DNA of 64,000 nucleotides from an uncultured bacterium (GTDB lineage Bacteria; Chlamydiota; Chlamydiia; Chlamydiales; JAAKFR01): NCBI GenBank assembly GCA_964588495.1, contig CAZPPS010000009.1, positions 9,833 to 73,832 of the forward strand, read 5' to 3'. Shown piece by piece: positions 63,588 to 64,000 of this stretch (position 1 is its first letter; each line of letters starts with the position of its first letter). The notes under the pieces were generated by a model. It saw only the letters and a program-made list of their open reading frames with translations, ran no database searches and was not told where the DNA came from. The position numbers and the translations under genes were made by a program.

Positions 63588-64000
<413 letters not shown>

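Overview
This window looks like a chromosomal segment from a member of the Chlamydiota, probably an 'environmental' chlamydia with a large, repeat-rich genome. That lineage call is an inference from gene content and order: a V-type ATPase operon E-hyp-A-B-D-I-K, a 1863-aa tandemly fused UvrA, adjacent pknD-valS, cydAB divergent from dacA-ybbR, and tal near rpoC-rpoB. Most of the window is housekeeping: an ABC-F ATPase, PhoH/PIN ATPase, ComM, cytochrome bd, c-di-AMP synthase, LpxL, RsmE, two OppA-like binding proteins, pyruvate kinase, UvrA, PknD, ValS, an alanine symporter, DAHP synthase, V-ATPase, Hsp20, transaldolase, RpoC and the 3' end of rpoB. No tRNA, rRNA or CRISPR array was seen.

The unexplained content falls into two classes.
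1. Three clusters of lineage-specific small membrane or secreted proteins:
- five tandem 'MCIQGT' two-helix glycine-rich proteins (38.7-41.7 kb), split by an AAA/DUF4143-type ATPase gene;
- three signal-peptide, Cys/Pro/Ala-rich, C-terminally anchored proteins (50.5-51.8 kb);
- five Inc-like proteins with bilobed hydrophobic domains (54.5-59.1 kb), one carrying an in-frame stop.
2. Three families of interspersed palindromic repeats:
- ~215-bp nested inverted-repeat elements that bracket a glycosyltransferase gene;
- GTGCCC-hexamer hairpins placed just after stop codons;
- a GCGGCGAnnCTTCGCCGC double-hairpin element.

The ORF track uses TTG and GTG as starts, so several starts were re-picked by eye. 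All family names come from motif recognition, not database searches.
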